A DNA stretch of 64,000 nucleotides, taken from NCBI RefSeq assembly GCF_963921235.1, contig NC_086098.1:8804001-8868000 (forward strand). The letters are read 5' to 3'. Positions 14,122 through 25,974 of the stretch are shown here, one piece after another. The stretch comes from Mobula hypostoma. Taxonomy: Eukaryota. Every line of letters begins with the position of its first letter. Position 1 is the stretch's first letter. Below the pieces are notes generated by a model. The model was not told where the DNA came from and did no database searches. It saw only the letters and a program-made list of their open reading frames with translations. A program made the translations under genes and the position numbers.

Positions 14122-15865
14122 GGGAATGGATTGCGTGGGCCCTTGTATCTATGCTACGTGCCCGAGACTATTGCTTAGTCACATGAAGACTGATTTTATT
14201 GGAAGATGACCTGTTTGGATAACTTAACTCAGTGTTCGGGCCTCTCTGTTGTGTTCTGGAAGTGGATTTCTGTGCATCTCCATTGCAGCCTTGTACATCA
14301 GACAAGCGTTGTCTTTAGTTGATTTTTTTTTATAGGTTAGTATTTAATTTCATTCCATGCATATTTTAGTTCAATCACCAATTAGATTTGAGAGGTGTTT
14401 TTGATGAAATTGTGGCAATAAATTATTTGTAAGAAACTGCAATTCAGTTAAGATGTTACAAGAAGGGAAAGGAATAACTAAACCAAAACAACTCGATTGT
14501 TAGGCCCCACTGATCATTCTTACCTGTTATGGACTTGATTGCTCACAATGCTGGATGCTAATGTGCCTTGGAGGCAAGCAGTATTTTCCTTCGGTCACCA
14601 GATGCTATCTATAATATCCTTTAATTGAGACAGATCTGCAGTAACTGTAGCTGTCCAGAGCTCTATGCTAATTAAAAAAAAAGAATCTGTGGCTGGATAT
14701 TTTGGAAAGTTCTGGAAGTATCCAGCAGTATTAATCTCTGAGGTGTTTGTAATGTAAAATCAAATAGAGTGCATTCAGCAAGGCTGTTCCAATCGCATAT
14801 TGCACAGTTCCTCCTGAAGAAGGAGAAACAATTTATTTATAGAAGAAACAAAATTTTTTTTTAAACTGAAAACAGCAGTATCTTGATAGCTGTCTTCGAT
14901 GCTACTCCACAGCAGTAATTTTCTGATCTGTTATACAACCTTAAGTTTTAAATCTTATATATATTACCTTGGACATAACTTATATTAAAAGCTGAATCAG
15001 AAATCAGTAAATACTTGAAGTATAAGGGATGATCCAGCGTGCAGGGAACGGTACTCACAATGCATTCAGCCTGCTAACTTGCTGTGATGCCTTTCCTGGG
15101 AATACTGGATCACAGAACCATCCTTGTATGGTTTTTTTCCCTTTGATCTCAAACTTCTCTGCAAGAGAATTGTGGATTTGTTCAAGGGATGATTACAGAT
15201 TTGTAGAAACAGTAAAGAACATTGCTCTAAATCTTCTTAAAATGAGGATGTATAATTTGTCACCCCACAATAATGGATTTTAGTGGAGTGGTATTCCTTT
15301 TTCAGTTACCTGATTTGAAAGTATGTCGGTAACATACTTGATTGAAGGCAAAAAGTTGGATAAATTGCACTTTATTTTTTTTTATTAGCATGGAGCATGG
15401 ACGTGCTTCTGGGAGTCATGCAGCCGGCCAGGTGGAGTTATAACAGTACTGTAATTGTTTACATTCTCTGAATTAGCATTGGCAGAGGACCCACAAAGGA
15501 TTTGTTAATGTGACATAAGTGAAATGTCAATTGCTTTTGGTAGATGCCGCCTGAGCAGAACCTTGCGATTAGCTGCTCAGCCACACTTGCTCATTCTTAC
15601 GGGAGATAGGTCATTATAAATCTGCAAGTTACAACCACAGTTTCAAAGCAAGTATTTTTGTTAGAGATGGTATCCTTTTTGAAGGATGTATATAAGCTGG
15701 ATTAAACAATCAGATAAGAACTCCTCTGAGCAGCTTGTCTTACTTGTTTGGGTGGAAAGAAAGCCGGTCGGTGTTGTTCTGTTTAAATGTATTCATTCAT
15801 TCCGTTATAGTCAGCTGTCATGTTCAACAGTTAAGTAAAACTTCAAGCCATTGAACCTTCTAGAG

Positions 15866-17025
15866 CAGCGGTCCCCAACCACCGGGCCGCGAGGGAACGA
15901 AATGATTTGCCGATATGAGTCAGCTGCACCTTTCCTCATTCCCTGTCACGTGCACTGCTGAGCTTGAACGTATGCGAGGTCATTACCCGCGCGTCATCCA
16001 TGTCAACACGGGAAGGAGATCAACTGCTCGAGCTTGCAAATGACGATGGGCTGAAAAGTATTTTTGACATAACATCTCTGCCGGCAAAGTCAAAGCTGCA
16101 TATCCTGAGATAGCCACGAAAGCACTGAAAACGTTGATTCCATTTCCAACATATCTCTGCAATGAATGCAACGAAAACTAAAATGTGGAATAGACTGGAC
16201 ATAAGGAACCCCCTTGGAGTATCGCTATCTCCCATCACCCCTCGATGTCTTGTTGCAGGGAAACAAGTATTCAGCCCAGGGCTCCCACTGATTCAGCGAT
16301 ATTGGTGTGTTGCAATGATTTTATATGTTCATATGGGGAGAATATATGCTGTATGTTTAATATCCAAATGTTACTTAAAATGTTATGATGCTATTGACTT
16401 ATAAGTGACTTATATAACCATATAACAATTACAGCATGGAAACAGGCCATCTCTGCCCTTCTAGTCCGTGCTGAACGTTACTCTCACCTAGTCCCACCGA
16501 CCTGCACTCAGCCCATAACCCTCCATTCCTTTCCTGTCCAATAGCTATCCAATTTTTCTTTAAATGATAATATCGAACCTGCCTCTACCACTTATACTGG
16601 AAGTTTCTTCAACACTTACTTCAAGCTCCCCTGTCCTCCCCTAATAACTGACATAACTATATTCATGCGAGGAAAATATGCGGTGTGTGTTTAATATTAA
16701 ATTTGTTAGATAAACCTTTTTAGAAACTAAATTGAGTGTATTAGCCACTTATCACCTATATTCCGGTTGTGATTAACACTTACCCCCCCCCCGAACAGAA
16801 TCGCCAAAAACGATTTGTAGAAAAGAATGGGCACGTACACGCATGTGCACTGGTGCCCGTGCAAGGCTTCATGGTCATTGTAGTCTTTCTCGGGGTAAAC
16901 ACAACGTATTTGACTGCTACTCTTGTCCGTTGGCAACCGTACCCCCCCCCACTGGGTCGGCCGGTCCGCAAGAATATTGTCAATAAGAAACCGGTCCGTG
17001 TTGCAAAAAAGGTTGGGGACCCCTG
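15866..17025 (+). mobile_element. Non-autonomous hAT-Charlie (Charlie3/MER1-like) DNA transposon
   Basis: TIRs cagcggtccccaacc / ggttggggacccctg; 8-bp TSD ttctagag / ttctaaag (Charlie-type NTCTAGAN); decayed C-terminal transposase remnant (YPEIATKALKTLIPFP...TKTKMWNRLDI). Confidence 0.9.
16414..16605 (-). mobile_element. CR1 3'-end fragment nested in the hAT element
   Basis: Reverse complement of the CR1 tail at about 10715-10908 (ataaccatataacaattacagc...). Confidence 0.8.
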
Positions 17026-17583
17026 TTCTAAAGAACTTCAGAAATGTATCTGCATCAAACTATTGGGATTAGTTTTCCTTTTCAGTTATTCCAATATGCT
17101 GTGATCAAACAAAACTATATTTCTATATTTCACTTTATTTTCCTTAATGCAAGAAATTAAGTATTTGCAGATTTTATGTGGAAAAAAATTCAACAACTTC
17201 TGTAAAACAACAGCTGTATATACATATGTATTTATTTGAAAGACTGGCTTATTTTGAATGTTTTTTTATAGGACAAACCTTTTTTTTCCCTGGTTGGGAT
17301 AAATTGTGATATTCATTACTTAACTGAGTAGGGGGATATTGATTGTCAATTGAAAGTTTAAATTACCTCAGCAAAATTAATGGAGGCAATTTGTGCAGCC
17401 ATCTGTTAGAATTCAAAACAATAACCAATCTTGTATTAATTTGTGTACATTTTAGCAAGACCCTTTTCCATAGTCTTCAAAAATTATGATTTTTGCTTTG
17501 ACCTTGTATATTCTTTTACTCGGTTGTTTATAACTAGAGAAACATTCTTATTGGCTTTTTCATTTGGAAACACTTCATTTGTG

Positions 17584-17589
17584 AATAAA
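17584..17589 (+). promoter_or_regulatory. Candidate polyadenylation signal of MAP3K7
   Basis: AATAAA closing a long U-rich stretch; no transcript evidence available. Confidence 0.4.
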
Positions 17590-18364
17590 TTCTCAAGGAT
17601 GGCATGGTACCATACTGACTAGACCAGAATCCTTGGTCTGGTTTCCCTGCCAGTCGGGAGTACACCAAGGATGGTATATTTGGCCTCCTTGAACTTGGGA
17701 CAAGGGAGATAAATCTCACTCCTGCAGCCAGTGGAGGAAAGAAATATGTGTGTGGGAACTGAGTGAGATTAATACTCCGTCCAACGTCAGTCCCTTCCCA
17801 CGTAACTCAGACTAACCTGCCACATGAAGAATGCCAGTGTGTGCAGGTTACTAGTGTTCTGCTGGCTTTTGTAGAACTTGTGCACCAGCATGAGATAATA
17901 TTACAAGAAAAATAAGATTGGCACACGGGAGGGGAAGGATTACAAAGGGGAGAAAGAGAAAGAAGCTACTTTAAAAAAATAGTTTTGTGTGAAGGTGGGT
18001 TGTATATGCATTTAGGGATGAGGGCTGTGGTTTTGGTCATGTTTGCTGTTATTAATCTAAAAAATTAGTCCTTGGAGGACTACAATAGCATTCACAAAGA
18101 AAAATAAAGTTTAGAAGTTTTTCATTTTCTTCAATATCAGTTAAGAAATCTGATGTTGTGCCTTAGATCAGGTTAAGGATAATCTATTTTTACAGCTAAG
18201 CTCCAATTTCAGCTTCTAGTATTGGACTGCATCTTTTCAAAAGAAGGTACAAACAGTGCTTCAAGCAATGTTGTCTGAAAGTATCATGAGGAAATAAGTT
18301 TGTTAACTGACATAAAAGAGAATATGACTCATGTCCTATGTTACTTAACTAATTCACAATAAGT

Positions 18365-18575
18365 GAAACACAAAAATTGCTGGAGGAACCCAGCCTGTTG
18401 AATAAACGGTCGGCATTTCAGGCTGAGACCCTTCATCGGGACTCATCATGATCTCGGCCCGAAACGTTGACTGCTTATTCATTTGCACAGATGCCATCTG
18501 ACCTGCTGAGTTCCTCCAGCATTTTAAGTGTGCCGTCATGGAATTCCAGAATCTACAGAAACACTTGTGTTTATA
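18365..18575. mobile_element. Inverted pair of Penelope-derived hammerhead repeats
   Basis: Minus-strand motif 18407-18443 (agtcCCGATGAagggtctcagcctGAAAtgccgac) abuts plus-strand half motif 18452-18473 (tctcggcccGAAAcgttgactg), each followed outward by the family tail. Confidence 0.7.
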
Positions 18576-19432
18576 GTTCACAATGGCCCTATATTGTGCA
18601 AAATTCTGAAATCCTGCACATCAGATGAATAAAGGGCCTACAGCCAAAAACAACTCTAATCAGTAAAATAAGTTTCCCATGTTTACTTGAATAGGTGTAT
18701 AGAACTCTAAATAAGAATGCATATATCTGTCATTCCATTTGCATAGCTTGCAGTTTTAAATCCAAACAACATATGTAGTTCAGCTTTATACACTATTTGG
18801 AAGCACCAAATTAAGAACTTTAAAATTTTACCAAAATATTTGCATACATTGCATTAGTATTTATATTTATATTTCGGTGTATAAAATAATTTGAATATTG
18901 GTTTACTGAATAATTTTCAAACAATTTTGGAATACTTCATTTGGATAGAAAAGCTTTCTTCCATTTTTTGCATACCTATTGGGTTAAAACTTCTGATCTA
19001 AATGTCTCTCTCTGTGCCAAGTGCCCACACTACTGCCATGAGGATACCTGTTCTTTACTGTGTGACTTAAGCAGTATTAATTAGCTCTCTTTAGCAGTTT
19101 CTGCATCCAGATGAGGAGGAGTGAGTCACCCCTGTAATTGGACCTTGGCTTCATTTCAATTGAGCAGCCAAGCTGAACGATCAAAAGGCAATTCGCTGGC
19201 GAAGCATGGTGGACATTTTGGCACTCGCTTGTATCATAGCACAGCTCGGGTAAGTGAGGACCAAGAGCTTGTGAACCAAGAAGTTGTCCTGGTTTAAATG
19301 GATGCAGCCAGCTCCCCCATCAAATCCTTTCTTCAGAGAAAGTCTCAAACAAGAGACAGACCCTTTGCCAGTGCAAGTAAGTAGCCTGTCTCCTTCAGAT
19401 ATGGGGCTGTATGGTGGATTTTTATCAATATG

Positions 19433-20082
19433 CAGTACTGTGCATATTGAGGCACATATATTGTATATAGCTCGGGAGCTTAAAACTTTTGTGCAGTGCA
19501 GTAGTAATTTTATGTATTGCACTATACTGCTGCCACAAAAAAAACATTTTGTGACATGTGAATAATGATAAACCTGGTTCTGATGTGGATCTCAATTCTG
19601 GGGAGGGGGTGGGGAGAGGGGCATCATGCTTGGGAAAAGGAGGGAGCAGGAAGCACCAGAGAGACATTCTGTAATGATCAATAAACCAATTGTTTGGAAT
19701 CAAATGATGTAGGTCTCTATTGTGGACTGAGAGTGGGAAAGGGGCAGGGAGAGGGGAATCATGGTTGGGAAAAGGGGAAAGGGGGAGGGAGCAGGAAGCA
19801 CCAGAGAGACATTCTGTAGTGATCAATAAACCAATTGTTTGGAATCAAATGAGCTTGCCTGGTGTCTTAGGGCTGGGGGTGTCTGCACCCATGCCACCCT
19901 CTACCCCTGGCACTCCTCTGCCACCTGTCCCACGCCCCCAGAGCAGCGTTCCACCCTCACCATTTCCAACATCCTTTACATTTACATACTGCTTTCTGCT
20001 TCTCGTTGACAAATACAATACTGTGCAAAAGTCTTAGGCACCCTAGCTATATATATGCTCGTAAAATGTTTGCACAGTACTG
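19433..20082. mobile_element. Composite non-autonomous Tc1/mariner-type element bounded by two palindromic mini-hairpins
   Basis: 19433-19501 and 20016-20082 are approximate reverse complements and each is itself a TIR-spacer-TIR hairpin (cagtactgtgcaaaagtcttaggcac...); TA at 20083; partial second copy at about 60940-61371. Confidence 0.65.
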
Positions 20083-21321
20083 TAGGAATGACATGTTTCT
20101 AGCTTATATTAATCATTCACTTTCTGCTGCCATACATCGTGCCCAAACCAAAGCACTGGAATGTTAAATTTCTAGGCTGGATTCTGTAATTCCATAAACA
20201 CTTATGAGTGGACTTGTGCTTGTAAAATTCAAGGCAAATTGCTTAGTTTGCTATATTAATATATTCTTTTGAGACAATCATATTTTTAACAAACCATCTG
20301 ATATCTTTGAAGAACTCCAATTCTCACTCAAAGCAGGGCATGTGCCAATTTTGATTATCGTACTGAACCTCTAAGAGAGTAACTTTAACTGCTTCACTGT
20401 AACTGTGTAACATATTCTTTTACTTGTAATTGTGGATCTCTTCAAGAAACCATAATTACTGTTCATGGCAAGCTTCTCTATCTGAAGAGTCTGCAAATTT
20501 TCTTCTAATTTGAAGTCTAAATAAGTTTATGACTCCATCACAGAGAAGTAATGATTTAAAAATCATACAAGAGATGTAGATTTTCAGTTTGAATTAAATT
20601 GAAGAAAGTAGACACAACAGGCTCTGAATCTGGCCAACGATAATAATTGTACCAATCAAACAACTAATTCAGACTTCATTCTGAATTATCAAAGTATTGC
20701 TGTGAAGTACTTTGAAATGTTTATAAAATAATATTTTATGACTAGTATTTGCAAACTTTTCACATAGGTGTGTTGGATCTCTATTATTTTTCTGATTCTT
20801 AGGTTTCTTCCGGAGGTCAAGAATGTTGAGCTGCCTTAATTCTTAACGATCGTTTATTTTAAAGAACAAACAAACATACAAATACTAAGCAAAATAAGTT
20901 AAGAGCTGAGAAGCAAAGCACAAAAAGCAAAGAAGGCAAAGATAAAGTAAAGAGAAAAAGATGGAGCCTCTGAGAAATCCATCACCTTTATAGTCGAGAT
21001 AAGAGAAAATTCCTTAGATTAAATAAACCAATCAATGGTTGCACAATTATATCACAAGTATATGTAGCTGCTATACCACCTTCTGCCAGTAAGTGGGGAC
21101 AAACCACCACATACTGTGAAAAACACATGAGTTTGTTTAAAAAGTACAAATGATTGATCTACAACTTTTGGCTTACATTAATTCATCTAATTATTTTTAA
21201 AGAAGTTTACAAAAGGTGAAATCAATCACCTGGTTACAAAGCTGTGTGGACTTCTGTAATGCTCAATATGGTTACCCAACCTCATTGGTGTGCTACTTCT
21301 GAGCTATTTTGGGTAAGTTTT

Positions 21322-21548
21322 TTATTTAGAGATGAAGCATAGTAAAAGGACCTCCCAGCCTCACAAGCTCATGCCGCCCAGTTACAGCGATGTGACCAAT
21401 TAACTTACCTGTACGTCTTTGGAATGCGGGAGGACACGCACATGGTCACAGGGAGAGTGTACCAGCTCCTTGCAGACAGCGGTGAAGTTGAATCCTGGTC
21501 TCTGGTGACGTAATAGTGCTACACTTACTGCTATGCTGCTGTGCTGCT
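21322..21548 (-). mobile_element. tRNA-derived V-SINE (HE1-like)
   Basis: Degenerate tRNA head, V-like core (cctcccgcattccaaagacgtac), tail ctctaaataaa; similar + copy at about 39270-39503. Confidence 0.6.
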
Positions 21549-21911
21549 CAGCTCGGATGAATGAACAATGAACTACTAGAAAAGTGAATGCATACTGGCT
21601 GGATTCTTGAAACACTGCTATTATTTCTGTGATTTGCAATGGAATGCATTGGAAGCTAATGAAAAAAAATGAATTTCTATTTCTCCAGAATGAAAGCTTT
21701 GAGCAAATTTCAGCCAGAATTATGTCTTTTACCTTCCATGCTACAGCTGACATTATTAATGTATATAGTTGATCTCCAAAACATGAGCACGTGCCTTTTT
21801 CCAGCTCCAGGTATGTGCTACATTCTTTATCCTCCCCCCCCCCATCCTCGTGCTTTGCTCCGTATGGATGGGTGTATGTACACTAATGCCCCTCTTTCAA
21901 AGTTGAAGTAA

Positions 21912-22430
21912 ATTCAAAGGTTTCAAAGGTACATTTAATGCCAGAGAAATGTATACAATATACATCCTGAAATGCTTTTTCTTTGCACCCATCCACGAAA
22001 ATAGGGGTGCCCCAAAGAATGAATGACAGTTAAATGTTAGAACCCCAAGGTCCCCCCAGCTCCCCTCCCTCCAGTGCATAAGCGGCAACAAGCAACAAGC
22101 CCCCATCTCCCGACTGGCGAAAAGAAGCACTGGCACCCGTCACCGAGCACTCAAGCGTGCAGCAAAAGCAACAGTAAAGTCACCGACTTGCAGTACTCCA
22201 AAGACTTTGCATTTCGCCTGGTATTCAACATACCACAGGTTCTCTCTCTCCCTAATAAGGGACAAAGAGATGTCTCCATTTCACAGCGAGAGGGGAGACT
22301 TACAACTTGCTGGTTTACGATATTAAAAGTCAGTTGCATGTCTTTTTCCCAAAGATCTCAGGTCTCTGGACACACAGCCAAAGATCTTCCAGCTCCCATG
22401 ACTCACTGGTCTGTCGGAACACCGACCTTC
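21912..22430 (-). mobile_element. Unclassified non-autonomous retro-repeat with (cctttgaa) tail
   Basis: Its 3' part recurs at about 56490-56690 (caaaggtacatttaatg...gttaaatgttagaacccc). Confidence 0.55.
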
Positions 22431-22529
22431 GATCCACCCATGTACTTCCTTGAGATTAATTTTCTTGCAGCCATTTAAACAAAAATAAATACAATTGGAT
22501 TAATGAAAATATACGTAAACAAAGACTTC

Positions 22530-22664
22530 AGCAGTCCTGCCAATGGGCTTCAGCCCAAAACATCAACTGTACTTTTTTCCATAGATGCTGCCTGCCCTGC
22601 TGAGTTCCCCCAATATTTTGTACATGTTGCTCAGATTTCCAGCATCTGCAGATTTTCTCTCGTT
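22530..22664 (+). mobile_element. Penelope-derived hammerhead repeat, degenerate
   Basis: cagtcctgccaatgggcttcagcccaaaacatcaactg followed by tail gatgctgcc...ttccagcatctgcaga. Confidence 0.6.
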
Positions 22665-22851
22665 CATAAACAAAGACTGACAACCAACTAATATGCAAAA
22701 GAAAGCAAGTTGTGCAGATAAAATAAAATTTAGTTAAATAAATAATTGGATAGATAACTAGAACCACATTCTGAATCTTCTCACAGGTTATTTTCTGCAT
22801 TTTCTTTCATTCTTAATCTTCAGAAGTCCTTCCATTTTGGTCATGATTTTA

Positions 22852-23945
22852 GAACATAGAAGAGTACAGCCCACAGTGTTATGCCAACCCAGCTAAAAAG
22901 CAAATCAAAAACACCCAAACACTAATCTCTCCTACCTGCACCATGTCCCTATCCCTCTATCTTCCTTACATCCATGTCCCTATCTAAAGTCTCTAATGTA
23001 TTTGCCTCTACCCCCATACCAGGCAGCACATTCAAGGCATCCACGACTGAGTGAAAAAACTTACCCATGACATCCTCTTGAACCTACCCCCTTTCACCTT
23101 CAACCCATGCCCTCTGGTAGTAGACATTTCAACTCTGGGAAACAGATACTCTCTGTCCACTCTATCTATACCTCTCATTATCTTGTAAACCTCTGTCAGA
23201 TCTCCCGTCAGCCTCAGGTGCTCCAGCGAAAACAACCCAAGTTTATCTAGTCTTTCATGATAGGATATTGCATCCAAATCCTGGTAAACCTCAAGGCACC
23301 CTCTCCAAAACCTCAACATCCTTCCTAAAATGGGGTGACCAGAACTGTGCACAATGCTCCAGATGCGACCTAACCAGAGTTTTATAATGCTGCAACATAA
23401 CTTCCTGGCTTTTGAGCTCTGCCTCGATTAATAAATGCAAGCATGCCATGTGCCTTCTTAACCATCCTATCAACCTGTGTAGTCACTTACAGGGAGCTAT
23501 GAACTTGGATTCCAAGATCCCTTTTTCTCTCACATTTGACCTACCAAGAGACAAAACTTCACTTTTGGCCAGGTTAAACTTCATTTGCTATTTCTTGGCC
23601 CATATCTGCAACTGATCTACTACATATCCCACTCTATTCTTTGTCAGTCTTCTATGCTATCCACAATGCCAACAATCTTTGTATCTTCTGTAAACTTAAC
23701 TCACCCATTTACATTTTCATCCAGGTCATGCGTCTTAATCTTCTGAAAAGTGCCTTACTAAAATCCAAGTTGACAACATCCACAACCTACCTTCATCAGT
23801 CACCTTTGTCATCTTGTCAAAAAACTCAGTGCACGACTTGCCATGCACAAATCCATGCTGGCTCTCCCTAATTAGGTCATGGTTTTCCGAATGCTCATAA
23901 ATTCCATCCCTAGAATTTCTTTCCAGTAACTTAATACTACTGGCA
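22852..23945 (-). mobile_element. Degenerate CR1 LINE 3' half
   Basis: Peptides ESQHGFVHGKSC, VRSHLEHCAQFWSPH and YKIMRGIDRVD. Confidence 0.85.
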
Positions 23946-24049
23946 GGAGATTCACTGGTTGACAGTGAGTAGAAGTGAGAAGAGACCATAGCCTGGATGG
24001 TGGGGGTCCTTGTGATGGATGCTGCTTTCCTGCGACAGCACTCCATGTA

Positions 24050-25633
24050 AAAACCCCATTTCCAGAAAAGTTAGGATATTTTCCAAAATGCAATAAAAAC
24101 AAAAATCTGTGATATGTTAATTCATGTAAACCTTTATTTAACTGACAAAAGTACAAAGAAAAGATTTTCAATAGTATTACTGACCAACTTAATTGTATTT
24201 TGTAAACATACATAAATTTAGAATTTGATGGCTGCAACACACTCAACAAAAGTTGGGACAGAGGCATGTTTACCATTGTGTTACATCACCTTTCCTTTTA
24301 ATAACACTCTTTAATCGTTTTGGAATTGAGGATACTAATTGTGGTAGATTTGCAATTGGAAATTTTGTCCATTCTTGCTTGATATAAGACTTCAGCTGCT
24401 CAACAGTCCGTGGTCTCCGTTGTCTGATTCTCCTCTTCATGATGCGCCATACATTTTCAATAGGAGATAGATCTGGACTGGCAGCAGGCCAGTCAAGCAC
24501 ACACACTCTGTGTCTACAAAGCCATGCTGTTTAGCCCATGCAGAATGTGGTCTGGCATTGTCCTGCTGAAATAAGCATGGATGTCCCGGGAAGAGACGTC
24601 GCCTTGATGGCAACATATGTCTCTCTAAAATCCAAATACACGCCTCAGAGTCAATGGTACCTTCACATACGTGCAACTCACCCATGCCGTGGGCACTGAT
24701 GCACCCCCATACCATCACAGATGCTGGCTTTTGCACCTTCTGCTGATAACAATCTGGATGGTCATTTTCATCTTTGGCACGGAGAACTCGACGCCCGTTT
24801 TTTCTGAAAACTAGCTGAAATGTGGACTCATCTGACCACAGCACATGGTTCCACAGTCTTTCAGTCCATCTGAGATGAGCTCGGGCCCAGAGAACTCGCC
24901 GGCGTTTCTGCATAGAGTTGCTGTATGGCTTCCTCCTTGCGTAATACAGTTTCAAGTTGCATTTCTGGATGCAGCGACGGACTGTGTTGAGTGACAATGG
25001 TTTTCTGAAGTACTCCCGAGCCCAGGTGGCTATAATTGTCACAGTAGCATGACGGTTTCTTAGGCAGTGCTGCCTGAGGGCTCGAAGATCACGCACATTC
25101 AACAGTGGTTTCCGACTTTGCCCTTTACGCACTGAGGTGTCTCTGAATTCTCTGAATCTTTTCACAATATTATGTACTGTAGATGTTGGAAGACCTAAAT
25201 TGCGTTGCGAAATGTTCCTTTTGAACTGACTAACAATTCTGTCACGAATTTTGGCACAAAGGGGTGAGCCACGACCCATCCTTGCTTGCAAAGACTGAGC
25301 CTTTGATGGACGCTACTTTTATACCCAGTCATGATATCTCACCTGCTACCAATTAGCCTGCTTAATGTGGAGTCTTCCAAACTGGTGTTACTTGAATATT
25401 CTGTGCACTTTTTAATCTTATTTTAACTGTCCCAACTTTTGTTGAGTGTGTTGCAGCCATCAAATTCTAAATTTGTGTATATTTACAAAATACAATTAAG
25501 TTGGTCAGTAAAACGATTGAAAATCTTTGTACTTTTGTCAGTTAAATAAAGGTTCACGTGAATTAACATATCACAGATTTTTGTTTTTATTGCATTTTGG
25601 AAAATATCCCAACTTTTCTGGAAATGGGGTTTG
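24050..25633 (-). mobile_element. Near-complete Tc1 (DD34E) DNA transposon with long IR/DR-type ends
   Basis: About 210-bp inverted repeats with repeated aaaagttggga motif, TA on both sides (24048-9, 25634-5); transposase 25291-24437 plus 24506-24270 (WSDES, QQDNARPH, SPDLSPIENVW), one frameshift near 24531. Confidence 0.95.
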
Positions 25634-25974
25634 TAGATATGCTCACTGGTGGGGAAGGCTTTGCCTGTAATGGACTGGACTGTATCCACCATTGAATTTG
25701 ACACATGGTCAATGTGCATAGACCTGTGTATGAGTTTTAATTGTTACACCAGAATACATCAGGGATCTGTCTTGGTGCAAGACAGGCTCTGAATAGGCCA
25801 GATAGGACAGGAATGCCAAGCTCTGTCTAGGAGATTGAAGGCATCCATTAGTCTTGCGAGACCATGGATCTGCGCCTGGAAAGTCTTCACTCTCCAGGGT
25901 GCAGGACTGGGCAAGGTTGTATGGAAGACAAGCAGTTGCCCATGCTGCAAGTCTCCCCACTCCACGACACCAAT

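Larger units (their letters stand above)
14122..17610 (+). other. MAP3K7: Probable MAP3K7 3' UTR
   Basis: Mostly repeat-poor AU-rich sequence after the stop; Pumilio-type TGTATATA at 15687 and 17215; AATAAA at 17584-17589 (alternative at 14417-14422). End point is inferred. Confidence 0.5.
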
